From IMG/VR virus record IMGVR_UViG_2643221865_000003: a DNA stretch of 64,000 nt. One strand, given 5' to 3'. A model generated the notes under the pieces. The model was not told the DNA's origin, did not search any database, and saw only the letters and a list, made by a program, of their open reading frames with translations. Within the stretch, counting starts at the first letter, position 1. Each line of letters opens with the position of its first letter. The position numbers were made by a program, and so were the translations under genes. Origin of the DNA: an uncultured virus (IMG/VR IMGVR_UViG_2643221865_000003). Taxonomy: Duplodnaviria > Heunggongvirae > Uroviricota > Caudoviricetes. This document shows positions 28,300 to 37,852 of the stretch, in pieces.

Positions 28300-29920
28300 G
28301 ACTGAGGTCGCGCCGGCGGTAGCCGCCCGCCGGACGGCGCCGACGTCGGAACCCAACCCGAGCGCAGCGAGGCAACCCCGGCGCGAAGCGACGGCCGGCG
28401 GTAGCCGTTCGCCGGAGGGCGGCTGGCTGGATTGGTGATGGGGTCGAGGCGAAATGGGTGTTAAAAGATTGAGGCTCGAAGGCTTCGCCTTCTCGCTCTC
28501 GTATTGATGAGCTCCTCGTTGGTCTTCATGTTCGTCGTCTCGTTCAAGTTGATCTTCTTGTTCGTCTCCTAGTTCGTGCGTGCTGGTGCACGGCGACGCG
28601 TAGCGTCGCTCGTGCGCATGCTGTCCGGAGCGGATGCGGAGGACAGCGTATGCGCGGCTCGGGCGTGGCTCGCCCTGGCGGGCTCGCCTGAGCTTCTGCT
28701 CGTTGGTCTGCTGGTGGGTCTTTACGTTCAGGCAGGTGTTCGTCGGTCTGTGGTTCGGTGTGTGGGACTTGAGCTCGGGCTTCGCCCTCGGCGTCCTGCG
28801 GACGCTGTCTCGGCCTGGCGGCCTCGGTTCGCTGCGCTCACGCATGCACCCTGCGGGTGCATGGCTCACCCCTGGCGGGGTTCGCCGGATCGCAACGTTG
28901 TTGCGATGGCTGCCGCCGGCGGCTTCGCTCTTCCGTGGTTCCAAGGGAGGGGGTCGTTGAGTGCAGGCGGGTAGTTCAGGCGTCATGTTGATCCGGGTGT
29001 TGCTCGTCCAGTTGGTCGGGGCGTTGTTCGTATCGGGTGTTGTTCGTGTCGTTCGTCGGGGCGTCAGTCGGATCGATGCCGTCAAGGGGTTCTGGGCGTT
29101 CACGCTTCACGGGGACCGTCACGGACTGAATGCTTCACCCTGCCGGGGGCGGCTTCGCATGGTTGGGTGGTGCTGTCTGGTGGCGGAACGATGGACGGGG
29201 CGGTGGCCTGCTCGATCATCTTCACGGTGGCGACGGACGCGTCTGTGGCTTGGTGGCGTATGCCCGCCCCCGGCAGGGAATGGCTGCGCAGCAGACATGC
29301 AGTGAGCTCGTTCTACGAGCGAACGATGCACCGCAGGTGCATCCCACGAGCGAGCGCCAGCGAGGGAGTACACACGGTGCCGCGAAGCGACATCGGGTGC
29401 ATCGACGGAAGCTGCACACGGCAGCGACCAGACGACGGGAGTCTGCACACGGCAGACGAGCCACCCACGCCCCGAAACCGGGACGGTGAGGCGGTGACGG
29501 GAACCTCCCTTCAGGAGGTACACGGAATCGAAGAACTGGAAGACGTCCGTAAAGGGCGCCTGACAGGTGTGAGACGCTTCACGCCGCAGGCGGGAAGGCC
29601 GACAAAACGAAGAGCAGGAGGATGGCACCGACCGAGAAGAACCTATAGGGGTTCAGAAGGGAGGTGGCGGCGGGCGCGGAGCCGGTTCCACAGCGGGCGA
29701 TTCCAGGAGCCGCTTGCGGGCTTGCTGAAAGTGGTTGCAAGCCGCTGGAATCCTTGCGTTGTTTTGACGTTTTCGCTGGTCGGTGGCCGTTTCCATTTGC
29801 GTGATTCCGCCGGATGCAAACGTGGCATTTGCCGGGATTCTCATTGTGACGAAATGCGGGGTGTTCGCTGCACGAAAAGTGGCCGCCGCACGCAACCCAG
29901 CTGTGACCGAAACGGCGGTT
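28300..29920. other. Hairpin-dense non-coding tract, candidate origin of replication or transfer
   Basis: Many short stems with GCA/GAA/GTA or ACACG loops; GAGCGCAGCG motifs; no credible CDS. Confidence 0.6.
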
Positions 29921-29922
29921 GT

Positions 29923-29931
29923 CGCCACATG
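29923..29931 (+). promoter_or_regulatory. Motif B (CGCCACATG)
   Basis: 10 nt before ATG 29942. Confidence 0.65.
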
Positions 29932-29941
29932 TCAAAGGGGC

Positions 29942-32359
29942 ATGTTCAACCTCAGCTCCACGATCCGCGCATGGAAGTTGACGCGCTCCGGAAGCCTCAA
30001 CGCGAACCCTCAGGTGTTCGTCCAAACTGCCGGTGTTTTCGCTTCCGGAGTTGTGCCGGGAACCGCGATCGTCGCGCACCGAGATGAGCGTGGACTGGCT
30101 CACTACATGTTGACGCCGGAGCACCAGAACGCAGCGTCGTTGGCGTCGCATCTGTCGAGGGCTGTCGCGGCCCGCGTCGACCCTGTCGACCACCTGCCAG
30201 ACCTCGGTTCCGTGGCGAAGGTTGTGTCGCTCCGCACCGGCCGCCGGCCGCAGCTGATCGCCCGCGATACACAGTTCGGTGCGGACCCGGCAGCGGTGTC
30301 CCGCGCTCTGTCGGTGTCGATGGCTGAAGGCGAATGGGTCGCTGCTGTGCTCCGCCGCCCGACGAACTCGGAACGCCGGTGGATGTTCGACTGGCTGGCC
30401 GGACAGTTCGGTCAGGCGAACCCGACGTACCACGCTCGCCGCGGCGAAGCGTTGCTGGTGTCGCTGTATGCCGGATCGGATTCCGTGGAGTCCGCCTCTC
30501 AGCTGCTCGCTGGGGTGACCGCTGCGATGCCCGGGTTCGACTTGGACGCCCGGCCGGTGGCACTGTCCCGCAGCCGCGACGCACTCCCGATGCTCGGCTT
30601 CTCCGTCGCCGCTGGTGTCGCCGCCTGGTTCCTCAGCCACGGTGTCGCCGACACCGCCCACCTGCCGGAGTTCACCGGGACCGCCGCCTGGGCTGCCGCC
30701 GGCGCTTCGCTGCTCGGAGCTCTGGGCCTGTCAACCGGACACATCCGTGGCCGGTACGCGAAGATGCGCGCTGGGCTGTCGGTGGGACGGTTCCCGAAGA
30801 TCCGGAAGAAGGCGCTGCGGCCGGCCCGAGCTCAGGAGCCGACCTTCCGTGACGGCGTTCAGGTGACCGGCAAGTCGAACGCCGGGTACGGACTCGTGAA
30901 CGACGCGTTCATGCTCGGCCAGGAACTGCCGGTGTCGCTGGCCGCCCCGCACGGCGGCACCGCATCCGGTGAGTCATCCACCGCAGTCCGTGAAGCGCCG
31001 GCGGTGATGAACCAGATCATCGGCCCGCGCATCGGACGCTCCGCCGGCAAATGGGTGGCACTGTCCGCGAAGGACCTGTGGCAGGGGATCATGTTCCTCG
31101 GTGTTCCCGGATCCGGTAAGTCCGTCGCCCTCCGCAACCTGTGGGCGTGGATGTGCATGGAGCGAGCACGACCCTCTGGCCGCGACGGGTACCCCGGCGC
31201 CCGCAACGTCGTCATCGCGTTGGAGACGAAAGGTGAAGGCGCCGCCGCGTACAAGCAGATGTCCCAGGAGGTCGGCGACAGTGTCGGCGTCTGCGACCTC
31301 GCCGATGACACCACCCCGGCGATCGACATGTTCCCCCGCATCGGCTCACTGGAGAACCAAGCCCGCACCATCACGAACGCGATGCGTTACGTCTGGGGCG
31401 ACAACAGCATCGGCCACCACTCGTTCAACATGCTCGCCCGTGTGTTCACCGCCGCTCTCGTCGTCGACCCGGCGATCGCAGCTCAGGCCGGCACCATCCG
31501 GGTGGGCGCCTCCCCGTTCTACTACGCCTACATTCTGCTCGGCGGCCACGGCGACGACCACGCCGTGAACCTCGCCGACGCGATCCGGTCGCAGGCGGAA
31601 CTGATCAAGGCTGTCGAAGGGTCCGACCTGGCTGTCGCCTGCAACGAACTGTCCACCATCTTCGGACCCGGCGTCACACCGAGCGCCCGGAAGACGATGA
31701 CGGAAGCTCCCCGGAACAAGGCAGCGCTCCTCCTCACCGCTGAAGGCTGGTGGTCCCGCCCGGCGAAGGTGTCCTGGGATCAGATCCTCCAGCAGGGCTG
31801 GGGCGTCATCGTGAACGTCGGCCCCACCCCCGGCGGTCAGCCGGTCGACAAGCAGCTGAAGGAAGACATGGTCGCCATGCTCATGTTCTCCCTGTACGAG
31901 GCCATCGGACGCAACTGCTCCAGCTGGGAGTCCGAAGGCCGCCGCGTCTCCGTGTTCTCCGACGAGCTCACCGAGGTCGCCGGGCAGTCGCCGGAGATCA
32001 TCGAGTGGATGAAGGACAAGGGTCGTTCGTTCGGCATCCAGCCGGTGTTCGCCACGCAGCGTGCCGGCCAGCTTGACCCCGCCGTCCGCGAGTCCGTCCT
32101 CGGCTTCGGCACCATCCTCGCGTACACGCAGGATGTCCCCGCTGTCATGCAGCAGCTCGTCGCTGACTTCTCCGCCGACGGCACCGAATGGTCCACCGCC
32201 GACGTCGCCAACCTTCCCCCGTTCGAAGCGATCGTCCGTTCGCGTGTGAACCGCGCCCGGCAGCCTGCGTTCACGGTGAAGCTCGCGAACTTCGAGGACA
32301 ACATGTCCGACTACAGCCGCGTCCAGTTGGAAGCTGACGCTGAGGACATCCTGCTGTGA
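29942..32359 (+). CDS. VirD4/TraD-like coupling-protein ATPase
   Basis: Two TM helices; Walker A GVPGSGKS; Walker B VSVFSDE; KGRSFGI..FATQ. Confidence 0.8.
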   Translation: MFNLSSTIRAWKLTRSGSLNANPQVFVQTAGVFASGVVPGTAIVAHRDERGLAHYMLTPEHQNAASLASHLSRAVAARVDPVDHLPDLGSVAKVVSLRTGRRPQLIARDTQFGADPAAVSRALSVSMAEGEWVAAVLRRPTNSERRWMFDWLAGQFGQANPTYHARRGEALLVSLYAGSDSVESASQLLAGVTAAMPGFDLDARPVALSRSRDALPMLGFSVAAGVAAWFLSHGVADTAHLPEFTGTAAWAAAGASLLGALGLSTGHIRGRYAKMRAGLSVGRFPKIRKKALRPARAQEPTFRDGVQVTGKSNAGYGLVNDAFMLGQELPVSLAAPHGGTASGESSTAVREAPAVMNQIIGPRIGRSAGKWVALSAKDLWQGIMFLGVPGSGKSVALRNLWAWMCMERARPSGRDGYPGARNVVIALETKGEGAAAYKQMSQEVGDSVGVCDLADDTTPAIDMFPRIGSLENQARTITNAMRYVWGDNSIGHHSFNMLARVFTAALVVDPAIAAQAGTIRVGASPFYYAYILLGGHGDDHAVNLADAIRSQAELIKAVEGSDLAVACNELSTIFGPGVTPSARKTMTEAPRNKAALLLTAEGWWSRPAKVSWDQILQQGWGVIVNVGPTPGGQPVDKQLKEDMVAMLMFSLYEAIGRNCSSWESEGRRVSVFSDELTEVAGQSPEIIEWMKDKGRSFGIQPVFATQRAGQLDPAVRESVLGFGTILAYTQDVPAVMQQLVADFSADGTEWSTADVANLPPFEAIVRSRVNRARQPAFTVKLANFEDNMSDYSRVQLEADAEDILL

Positions 32360-33909
32360 GCGAATACCAGTCGTGGGGTGACCTGCTCGAGGAGCACGGT
32401 GAAGACGCCCTCATCGAGACGTACCTGGACACCGCCCCCGCCGACATCGACGACTCCACCCCGGCGGAGAAGCTGGACACCGGCGACGGCGAACTCCCGG
32501 AGGCGGACGACGCCGACGACACGGTTCCGCACCAGACCCCCGGCCTGAACTACTCCCGCCGGCTGCACTTGGTGGAGGACTCCTTCACCGACTCGATCGA
32601 CGAGGCGAACATCAAAGTCCGGGTGGACCCGTTCTACCAGGACCTGTGGCCTGTCGGCTCCCGCGCCTCCTGGGTGGACGTGAAAGCAGCCCGCGACCAG
32701 GTCGCCGCCGGCATCGGACGTCTCCCCGCCCACCTGAAAGGGAACCCAGCTGACGCAGGCCGGAAGATCCTCCGGAAGCTGAACCCGTACCTGGACGTCA
32801 TCGCCGCCCTCGATCAATTTCGTGTGCTGACCGCCGGGCAGCTCGCCGCGGTCACCGGCAACCCCGCACTTGCCTCCGGCCGTTCCGCGCTCATGACTGA
32901 CCTGTTCACGGTCGGCGCGATCGAGGTCGGCATCTTCTCCAACGCCCTCTTCCACACCCGCGACACCCCGTCCCTCACCCTGTACCGTCCCGGGAGTTCA
33001 TCGTTCTTCGACAAGAAGATCAGCCCGGAGCTCACCTACGCCGAATGGCTGTCCGTCACCAGCGGGAAGACCGAGAAGATGGGCGGGCAAGGCCATGACC
33101 GTCACGCGGTCCTCAGCGCCGAGCTGGCGTTGCGTGTCGCCGAGCTCGGCTACAACGTCCAGAACGTCGTCGGCGAACGTCTCTCCTCCGCCGCGCTTCT
33201 CGGGTTCACCGGTCTCGGTTTCAAGCAGCCGGACAAGGCGAAGTTCACGAAGGCTGGCGACTTCACCATCCTCCGCGCGGACGGCGCCCGCGTCGTCGTG
33301 GAGGTCACCGCCACCATCGGCCGGGCCCTGCAGCAGAAGATCGAAACGTGGGCGCAGCTGCTCGCCGGCCGCCGCATGGACGAGTCCGGCCTCGCAGTCA
33401 TCTTCGTCATCGCCGAGCACGGGGCGACCGGGTCCGGGAAGGTTCGGAACGCCGTCTACAAGATGCTGCGCGACGCCTGCCGGAAGTACCCGGGTCCGAA
33501 CTTCGACCGCACCTGCAAGAGGTTCGGTGTCGCCGACTGGCGCGAATGGTTCCCCGCCTCCACACACCTGTCGGAAGACTTCTACAACCTGGTGTGCGAC
33601 CGGCCGACCGCGCCGGGCGCCGCCGACTTCGAACGCGCCGGGTTCCTGAACCCTGCCGACCTGCCGTTCAACCCGGAAGGTGACTGGGCTGACGCAGCGC
33701 TCGACAACGTCGCTATGCTCCGCGGCACACCCGTCTGGCTCCGCGGCCACCGGAACCCGGTTGACCTGCTCCCTGTCCTTCTCGAGAAGAGCGAATGGAA
33801 GACCATCCCGGTCCCGCCGCTGCACCGCCCCGACCTGACCGACGGGAGCAGCGTGTTCGGTGTCACCCCGATCGCGGAAGCGAAACCGCCGAAGCGGATG
33901 CGGGTGTAG
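32356..33909 (+). CDS. Replic_Relax-like (wHTH plus PD-(D/E)XK) protein
   Basis: LDQFRVLTAGQLA, HAVLSAE, GDF..DG..VVVEV..KI; GTGA overlap with the ATPase. Confidence 0.6.
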   Translation: MSEYQSWGDLLEEHGEDALIETYLDTAPADIDDSTPAEKLDTGDGELPEADDADDTVPHQTPGLNYSRRLHLVEDSFTDSIDEANIKVRVDPFYQDLWPVGSRASWVDVKAARDQVAAGIGRLPAHLKGNPADAGRKILRKLNPYLDVIAALDQFRVLTAGQLAAVTGNPALASGRSALMTDLFTVGAIEVGIFSNALFHTRDTPSLTLYRPGSSSFFDKKISPELTYAEWLSVTSGKTEKMGGQGHDRHAVLSAELALRVAELGYNVQNVVGERLSSAALLGFTGLGFKQPDKAKFTKAGDFTILRADGARVVVEVTATIGRALQQKIETWAQLLAGRRMDESGLAVIFVIAEHGATGSGKVRNAVYKMLRDACRKYPGPNFDRTCKRFGVADWREWFPASTHLSEDFYNLVCDRPTAPGAADFERAGFLNPADLPFNPEGDWADAALDNVAMLRGTPVWLRGHRNPVDLLPVLLEKSEWKTIPVPPLHRPDLTDGSSVFGVTPIAEAKPPKRMRV

Positions 33910-33938
33910 GCGAGGCGTTCAGGGAAATCCGGTGGCGT

Positions 33939-33947
33939 CCGCACATG
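33939..33947 (+). promoter_or_regulatory. Motif A
   Basis: GAAA-N11-CCGCACATG. Confidence 0.7.
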
Positions 33948-33988
33948 TGTTGGGCGAAGCAGATCAACCTTTCGAACGGACATCTCCC

Positions 33989-34543
33989 ATGCACGCCATC
34001 TTCTCCCCGACCGCCGGCATCGACCTCCTCACGGCTCACCTCCACAGCGAGATCGACTCGGCCCTCGCCGAGCTCGCCTTGTCGGACGACGCCGTGTTCA
34101 TGGAGTTGTTCATGTCTTTGACTGCTGTGGCGTTGATCGCTGCGACCCAGGTCGAGATCGAGAACGGGGCTGAGGGCGGCCAGTCGACTCAGGCGATGGA
34201 GTGGGCAGCGGAGCAGCTCCACGACGACATCCACGCCGGGTCTGAGGACCGGTACGTGATGGGAGGCCGTCTGTTCCCGTCCGGGACAAGCGACCACACC
34301 AGGGTCACCGAGTTCCTGGTTCACATGCACCTCACCCTCGACACGTGGATGGGGAACCCGCCCATACAGATGCCGCTCAGCTACGTGGTGACGGTGAAGG
34401 AGCGCACCCGGATGTTGCGGATCGCCGCCCACGTCACGAACTTCTATGCCGCCGCGCTCAGCCAGAGCCTGCAGCTAGATGCCGAGTCGATCCTCGTCTG
34501 GTTCCACAACACCAACTCGAACCTCTCCCGCGCTGCAGCCTGA
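33989..34543 (+). CDS. Hypothetical protein
   Basis: Protein-like from MHAIFS. Confidence 0.7.
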   Translation: MHAIFSPTAGIDLLTAHLHSEIDSALAELALSDDAVFMELFMSLTAVALIAATQVEIENGAEGGQSTQAMEWAAEQLHDDIHAGSEDRYVMGGRLFPSGTSDHTRVTEFLVHMHLTLDTWMGNPPIQMPLSYVVTVKERTRMLRIAAHVTNFYAAALSQSLQLDAESILVWFHNTNSNLSRAAA

Positions 34544-34630
34544 ACACCCTGCACGATTCTGTCTCGTCCCAGCTCGTCACCGGGCAGGAGCCTCTACCGC
34601 TGCCGACACTTTCGTGGGTGAATAGGCCGC

Positions 34631-35170
34631 ATGGCTGACTTCATCATCGCCACAGCATCCGCAGCCCATCTGAATGCGATCGCGGAGATGCTGGCGATCG
34701 GCGATCCAACCGCGTCGACGCTGGCGAAGTATGTGGTGCAGGACACAGCCCAGCGCCGCGGGTTGTCGATGGTGGCGGAACGTCCGGACGGCTCGATCAT
34801 CGGGATGGTGGTCGGGAAGATCCGCGCTTCCGACGACGAACCGGTCGATGTGACGACACTGGACGTGAAAGCGGAACGCGTCATCGAGACGGCTGATGCG
34901 GCTCGGGTGTGGGATGCGCTGTTCCAGCAGTACGCCGTGACCGCGGCCGAGCTCGGGTTCCAACGTGTCCTGTTCCGCACCGATGAGGCGACTGCGGCGA
35001 GGATGGTCGCGCTCGGGTGGACCTTGCTGGATTCCGGACTGTCGTGGAACGGCGCCGGCGGGCCGACGGACCTGCATACGGCTTCCCCGGAGGACGGGCA
35101 CCAACTGGTGGCGTACCCATGTGATCCGGAACGTTTCGGATGGCCAGGACCTCAGCCCTCTAGGGCGTGA
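34631..35170 (+). CDS. GNAT-like fold protein, copy 1
   Basis: VAERPDGSIIG..AAELGFQRVLF; duplicate of the next gene's N-terminus. Confidence 0.65.
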   Translation: MADFIIATASAAHLNAIAEMLAIGDPTASTLAKYVVQDTAQRRGLSMVAERPDGSIIGMVVGKIRASDDEPVDVTTLDVKAERVIETADAARVWDALFQQYAVTAAELGFQRVLFRTDEATAARMVALGWTLLDSGLSWNGAGGPTDLHTASPEDGHQLVAYPCDPERFGWPGPQPSRA

Positions 35171-35261
35171 AGGCACCGACGCTTCCCGCCTGGCTCCGGC
35201 TTGCCGCACCTAAGCGGCACGTCCTCTACCGCCGGCCCCGGTTTCGTGGGTGAATGGGCGC

Positions 35262-36491
35262 ATGGCCGATTTCATCATCGTCAAAGCGTCAGGTGTTCAC
35301 CTTGAAGGGTTGACGGAGGTGCTGGCGGAGGCTGGCGATAACGCACCGCAGATGGCGCATTTCCTAATCGAAGACACCGCGCACCGTCGTGGGTTGACGT
35401 TGATCGCTGAACGGCCTGACGGGTCGATCGCTGGGAGCGTCTCGGGCACTGTCCGGCAGACTCCGGACGGAGACCAGCCACGGGATGACCTGACGACATT
35501 GGATGTGCAGGACGTTCGGGTCACCGATCACGATGACCCGGAGGCTGTGTGGAACGCGTTGTTCCGGGAGTATGCCAAGGTCGCCACCGCCCGCGGCTAC
35601 CACCGTGTCCTGTTCTCAGCGCCCGCACCCGTTGTGGAGCAGCTGGCGAGCATCGGGTGGATGGCGTTGGAGGCTGGGCTGGCGTGGAACGGCGCCGGCG
35701 GCATGATGGACATCTTCGCTGCGTTCCCGGAGGACGGGCACCGGTTGGCGGTGTTCCCGTGCGACTTGGAACGGTTCGGTTGGGAGGTGACGTCTCCACC
35801 GTTGTTGGCTCACGGGGTCGCCCCGGAACTGTTCGCACGGTTGGCGAATGAGTCCCTCGCAGAGGAGGGCGGCTCGAAAGCGCGCGGGCTGGGCGAGCTG
35901 GACATCAACAACGTCGACCGTGGCCTGCTGATCCAAGGGAACGTGGACCTGGTGTCGATGCTGTTCGACGACCTTGCCGTCCTCGACGCCGTGACCGAAG
36001 GGGAATCCGCCACGTTCGACCAGGTGGATCAGGAGTCGTTGGACATCATCCCGCTGCTGCCGAAACGGTTCCTCGGCCAGTACGACCGGAGGTTCGCCCG
36101 TCAGTTCATCGCCGCAGCACTCGACGTCGGCGGCCGGTTCGCACGCCATTGGGATGGCCCGGCGTCCGTCGCTGAGGCATTGGCGGTCCGATTGACTCTG
36201 CTGGTCGCGAAAGCGTATGCCGATGACGTGAACGTGGTGCTCGACCCGGAGACCGGGTGGATAGAACAGATGATGGAGGAGCTGCTCGAAGACACCGACC
36301 ACATGTACCTGTACGAAGATGAGCTCCCACCGTCAGTGGTTCAGGAGTCTCTGGGTTTGAACAACCTGGCGTTCGACGAGTGGTTCGACCCGTTCACCGA
36401 CGAGATCACGTCGACGCCGTTCGCGGACGGTGAAGTGTTCGGCCGCGATGACGCAGGCTTCGACAACGAGGACGGAACCTGGCCGGTCTAG
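35262..36491 (+). CDS. GNAT-like domain fused to an acidic C-terminal domain
   Basis: MADFII start; clear homology to 34631..35170. Confidence 0.7.
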   Translation: MADFIIVKASGVHLEGLTEVLAEAGDNAPQMAHFLIEDTAHRRGLTLIAERPDGSIAGSVSGTVRQTPDGDQPRDDLTTLDVQDVRVTDHDDPEAVWNALFREYAKVATARGYHRVLFSAPAPVVEQLASIGWMALEAGLAWNGAGGMMDIFAAFPEDGHRLAVFPCDLERFGWEVTSPPLLAHGVAPELFARLANESLAEEGGSKARGLGELDINNVDRGLLIQGNVDLVSMLFDDLAVLDAVTEGESATFDQVDQESLDIIPLLPKRFLGQYDRRFARQFIAAALDVGGRFARHWDGPASVAEALAVRLTLLVAKAYADDVNVVLDPETGWIEQMMEELLEDTDHMYLYEDELPPSVVQESLGLNNLAFDEWFDPFTDEITSTPFADGEVFGRDDAGFDNEDGTWPV

Positions 36492-36506
36492 TGAGCATCG
36501 AGGCGG

Positions 36507-36896
36507 CTACGCAGCCCACTTCACGGGGACCGCGACATCGGTGAGCCGGAACGGGATGAATGCGGGCAGCAGTATCTCGAACGAGACGACATCCAGCACC
36601 ACGATCGCGGCCGATGCGAGCCTGGCAGCTTCACGCAACGCCAGCTCGTCAGAGGCCGCCCAGCTGAGGGATCTCACCGCGGCACTCGCTGCCTCCCGTG
36701 CGGCGTCTGCTTGCCTGGACCGGCCGATAGCGTCGATCGCCAAGATGATTGTCTGCTGTGCGGAGTCGAGGCCTTCCTCGAGACTGACAGTGGTGTTGAT
36801 CATCGACACGATGCTCGCGTCCCATTCCTTCAGAGAAAGGGTTGCCAGCGAAGTGATGAACGGGTTCACATACGCTGACATCGGTCCGAAATCCAT
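36507..36896 (-). CDS. Hypothetical Ala-rich helical protein
   Basis: Leaderless after TATGCT. Confidence 0.6.
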   Translation of the reverse strand: MDFGPMSAYVNPFITSLATLSLKEWDASIVSMINTTVSLEEGLDSAQQTIILAIDAIGRSRQADAAREAASAAVRSLSWAASDELALREAARLASAAIVVLDVVSFEILLPAFIPFRLTDVAVPVKWAA

Positions 36897-36923
36897 GCCC
36901 TGAGCATATGACCGGGGCGCAGT

Positions 36924-37184
36924 TCAGCCGCGGAACTCCCACCCGTACCGTGGGTCGTTGTCGATGACGACGGCGTGGAAGAAGCTGACGGACGCAGGCA
37001 ACTTGGTGGGTGGGGTGAGCATCGGGAGGACTGTGTCGTCGTCGATGCCGTAGCCGGCCGCGATCAGCAGCTCAGGGTCGTCGAGCAGCTGGACGATCGT
37101 GGCGTGGACGGCTTCCTCGGAGTTGACGGTGATCCGCAACTCGCGGGTCATGTACCCGACGTGGATCTCGTATCTGCCGCTCAT
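36924..37184 (-). CDS. Small hypothetical protein
   Basis: Motif B 10 nt upstream. Confidence 0.65.
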   Translation of the reverse strand: MSGRYEIHVGYMTRELRITVNSEEAVHATIVQLLDDPELLIAAGYGIDDDTVLPMLTPPTKLPASVSFFHAVVIDNDPRYGWEFRG

Positions 37185-37194
37185 GCCAGGTGGA

Positions 37195-37203
37195 CATGTG
37201 GCG
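37195..37203 (-). promoter_or_regulatory. Motif B
   Basis: CGCCACATG 10 nt before ATG 37184. Confidence 0.65.
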
Positions 37204-37280
37204 TGGCCCCTCGTCTGGGCGGTTCCCGGTGTCTGATCGGCCCGGTACGCTCAAGCGACTCGCCGATCTTGGAGGCTGCC

Positions 37281-37850
37281 GTGCGCCTGACCATCCCGCT
37301 CACCGTGCTGCTCACCGCTGCCGCTCTGACCCTGACCGGTTGCGCTCCGACGAGCACGGGCGCGGCGCCGACGAAGACCGCAGCGTCAGAGATCGCGGAG
37401 ACGCCGACGCCCACACCGACACCGACACCGACACCCGAGCGGATGACGACAGAAGAGGCTGCCGACTACTACCTGGACACGGTGTGCCCACAGAACCGCT
37501 TGATCGGCGACTCGAACTTGGCGCTCACCGATTACGACACCACCGGCAACTACGGACCGATTGCCGGCACCGCAGCGAAAGCAAGAGACGGAGCTCAGGC
37601 CGCCGCATTGCGTCTCGATGACAAAAACGTGCTGTGGCCGTCTGATGAGATCGCCGAGGACATCGTGAAGATCCGGGACGACTACTTCGCCACCATCAGC
37701 ACCTATGACGCCTGGTCGTTCGCGACCGACTTCACTGCAGTCGAGAACACCACCTGGCCTGACCGCACTGAGGTGAAGGCGGCAGCGCAGCGCGTCCGCG
37801 CTCGGCTCGGATTAGCTCCCGACATCGTCGAGAGCTGCACCGGCCACTGA
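37281..37850 (+). CDS. Lipoprotein with (TP)n linker
   Basis: SD GGAGG; lipobox LTGC. Confidence 0.8.
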   Translation: MRLTIPLTVLLTAAALTLTGCAPTSTGAAPTKTAASEIAETPTPTPTPTPTPERMTTEEAADYYLDTVCPQNRLIGDSNLALTDYDTTGNYGPIAGTAAKARDGAQAAALRLDDKNVLWPSDEIAEDIVKIRDDYFATISTYDAWSFATDFTAVENTTWPDRTEVKAAAQRVRARLGLAPDIVESCTGH

Positions 37851-37852
37851 GC

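Noticed and set aside
27718..29103. 461-aa minus-strand ORF
   Set aside because: Arg/Pro/Thr-rich non-protein-like text, overlaps the real 27685..28293 gene and runs through the hairpin tract
29368..29526. CRISPR-like array
   Set aside because: Repeats are short, imperfect and irregularly spaced; no cas genes
29965..29973. Exact motif A copy
   Set aside because: Inside the 5' end of the ATPase and lacks the upstream AA and downstream GGT; probably chance, though a later start cannot be excluded
29167..30087. 306-aa plus-strand ORF and the 29783 extension of the ATPase
   Set aside because: Not protein-like; the motif-B-spaced ATG at 29942 is a better start
37401..37436. ACACCG tandem repeat
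   Set aside because: Simply encodes the (TP)n linker of a lipoprotein
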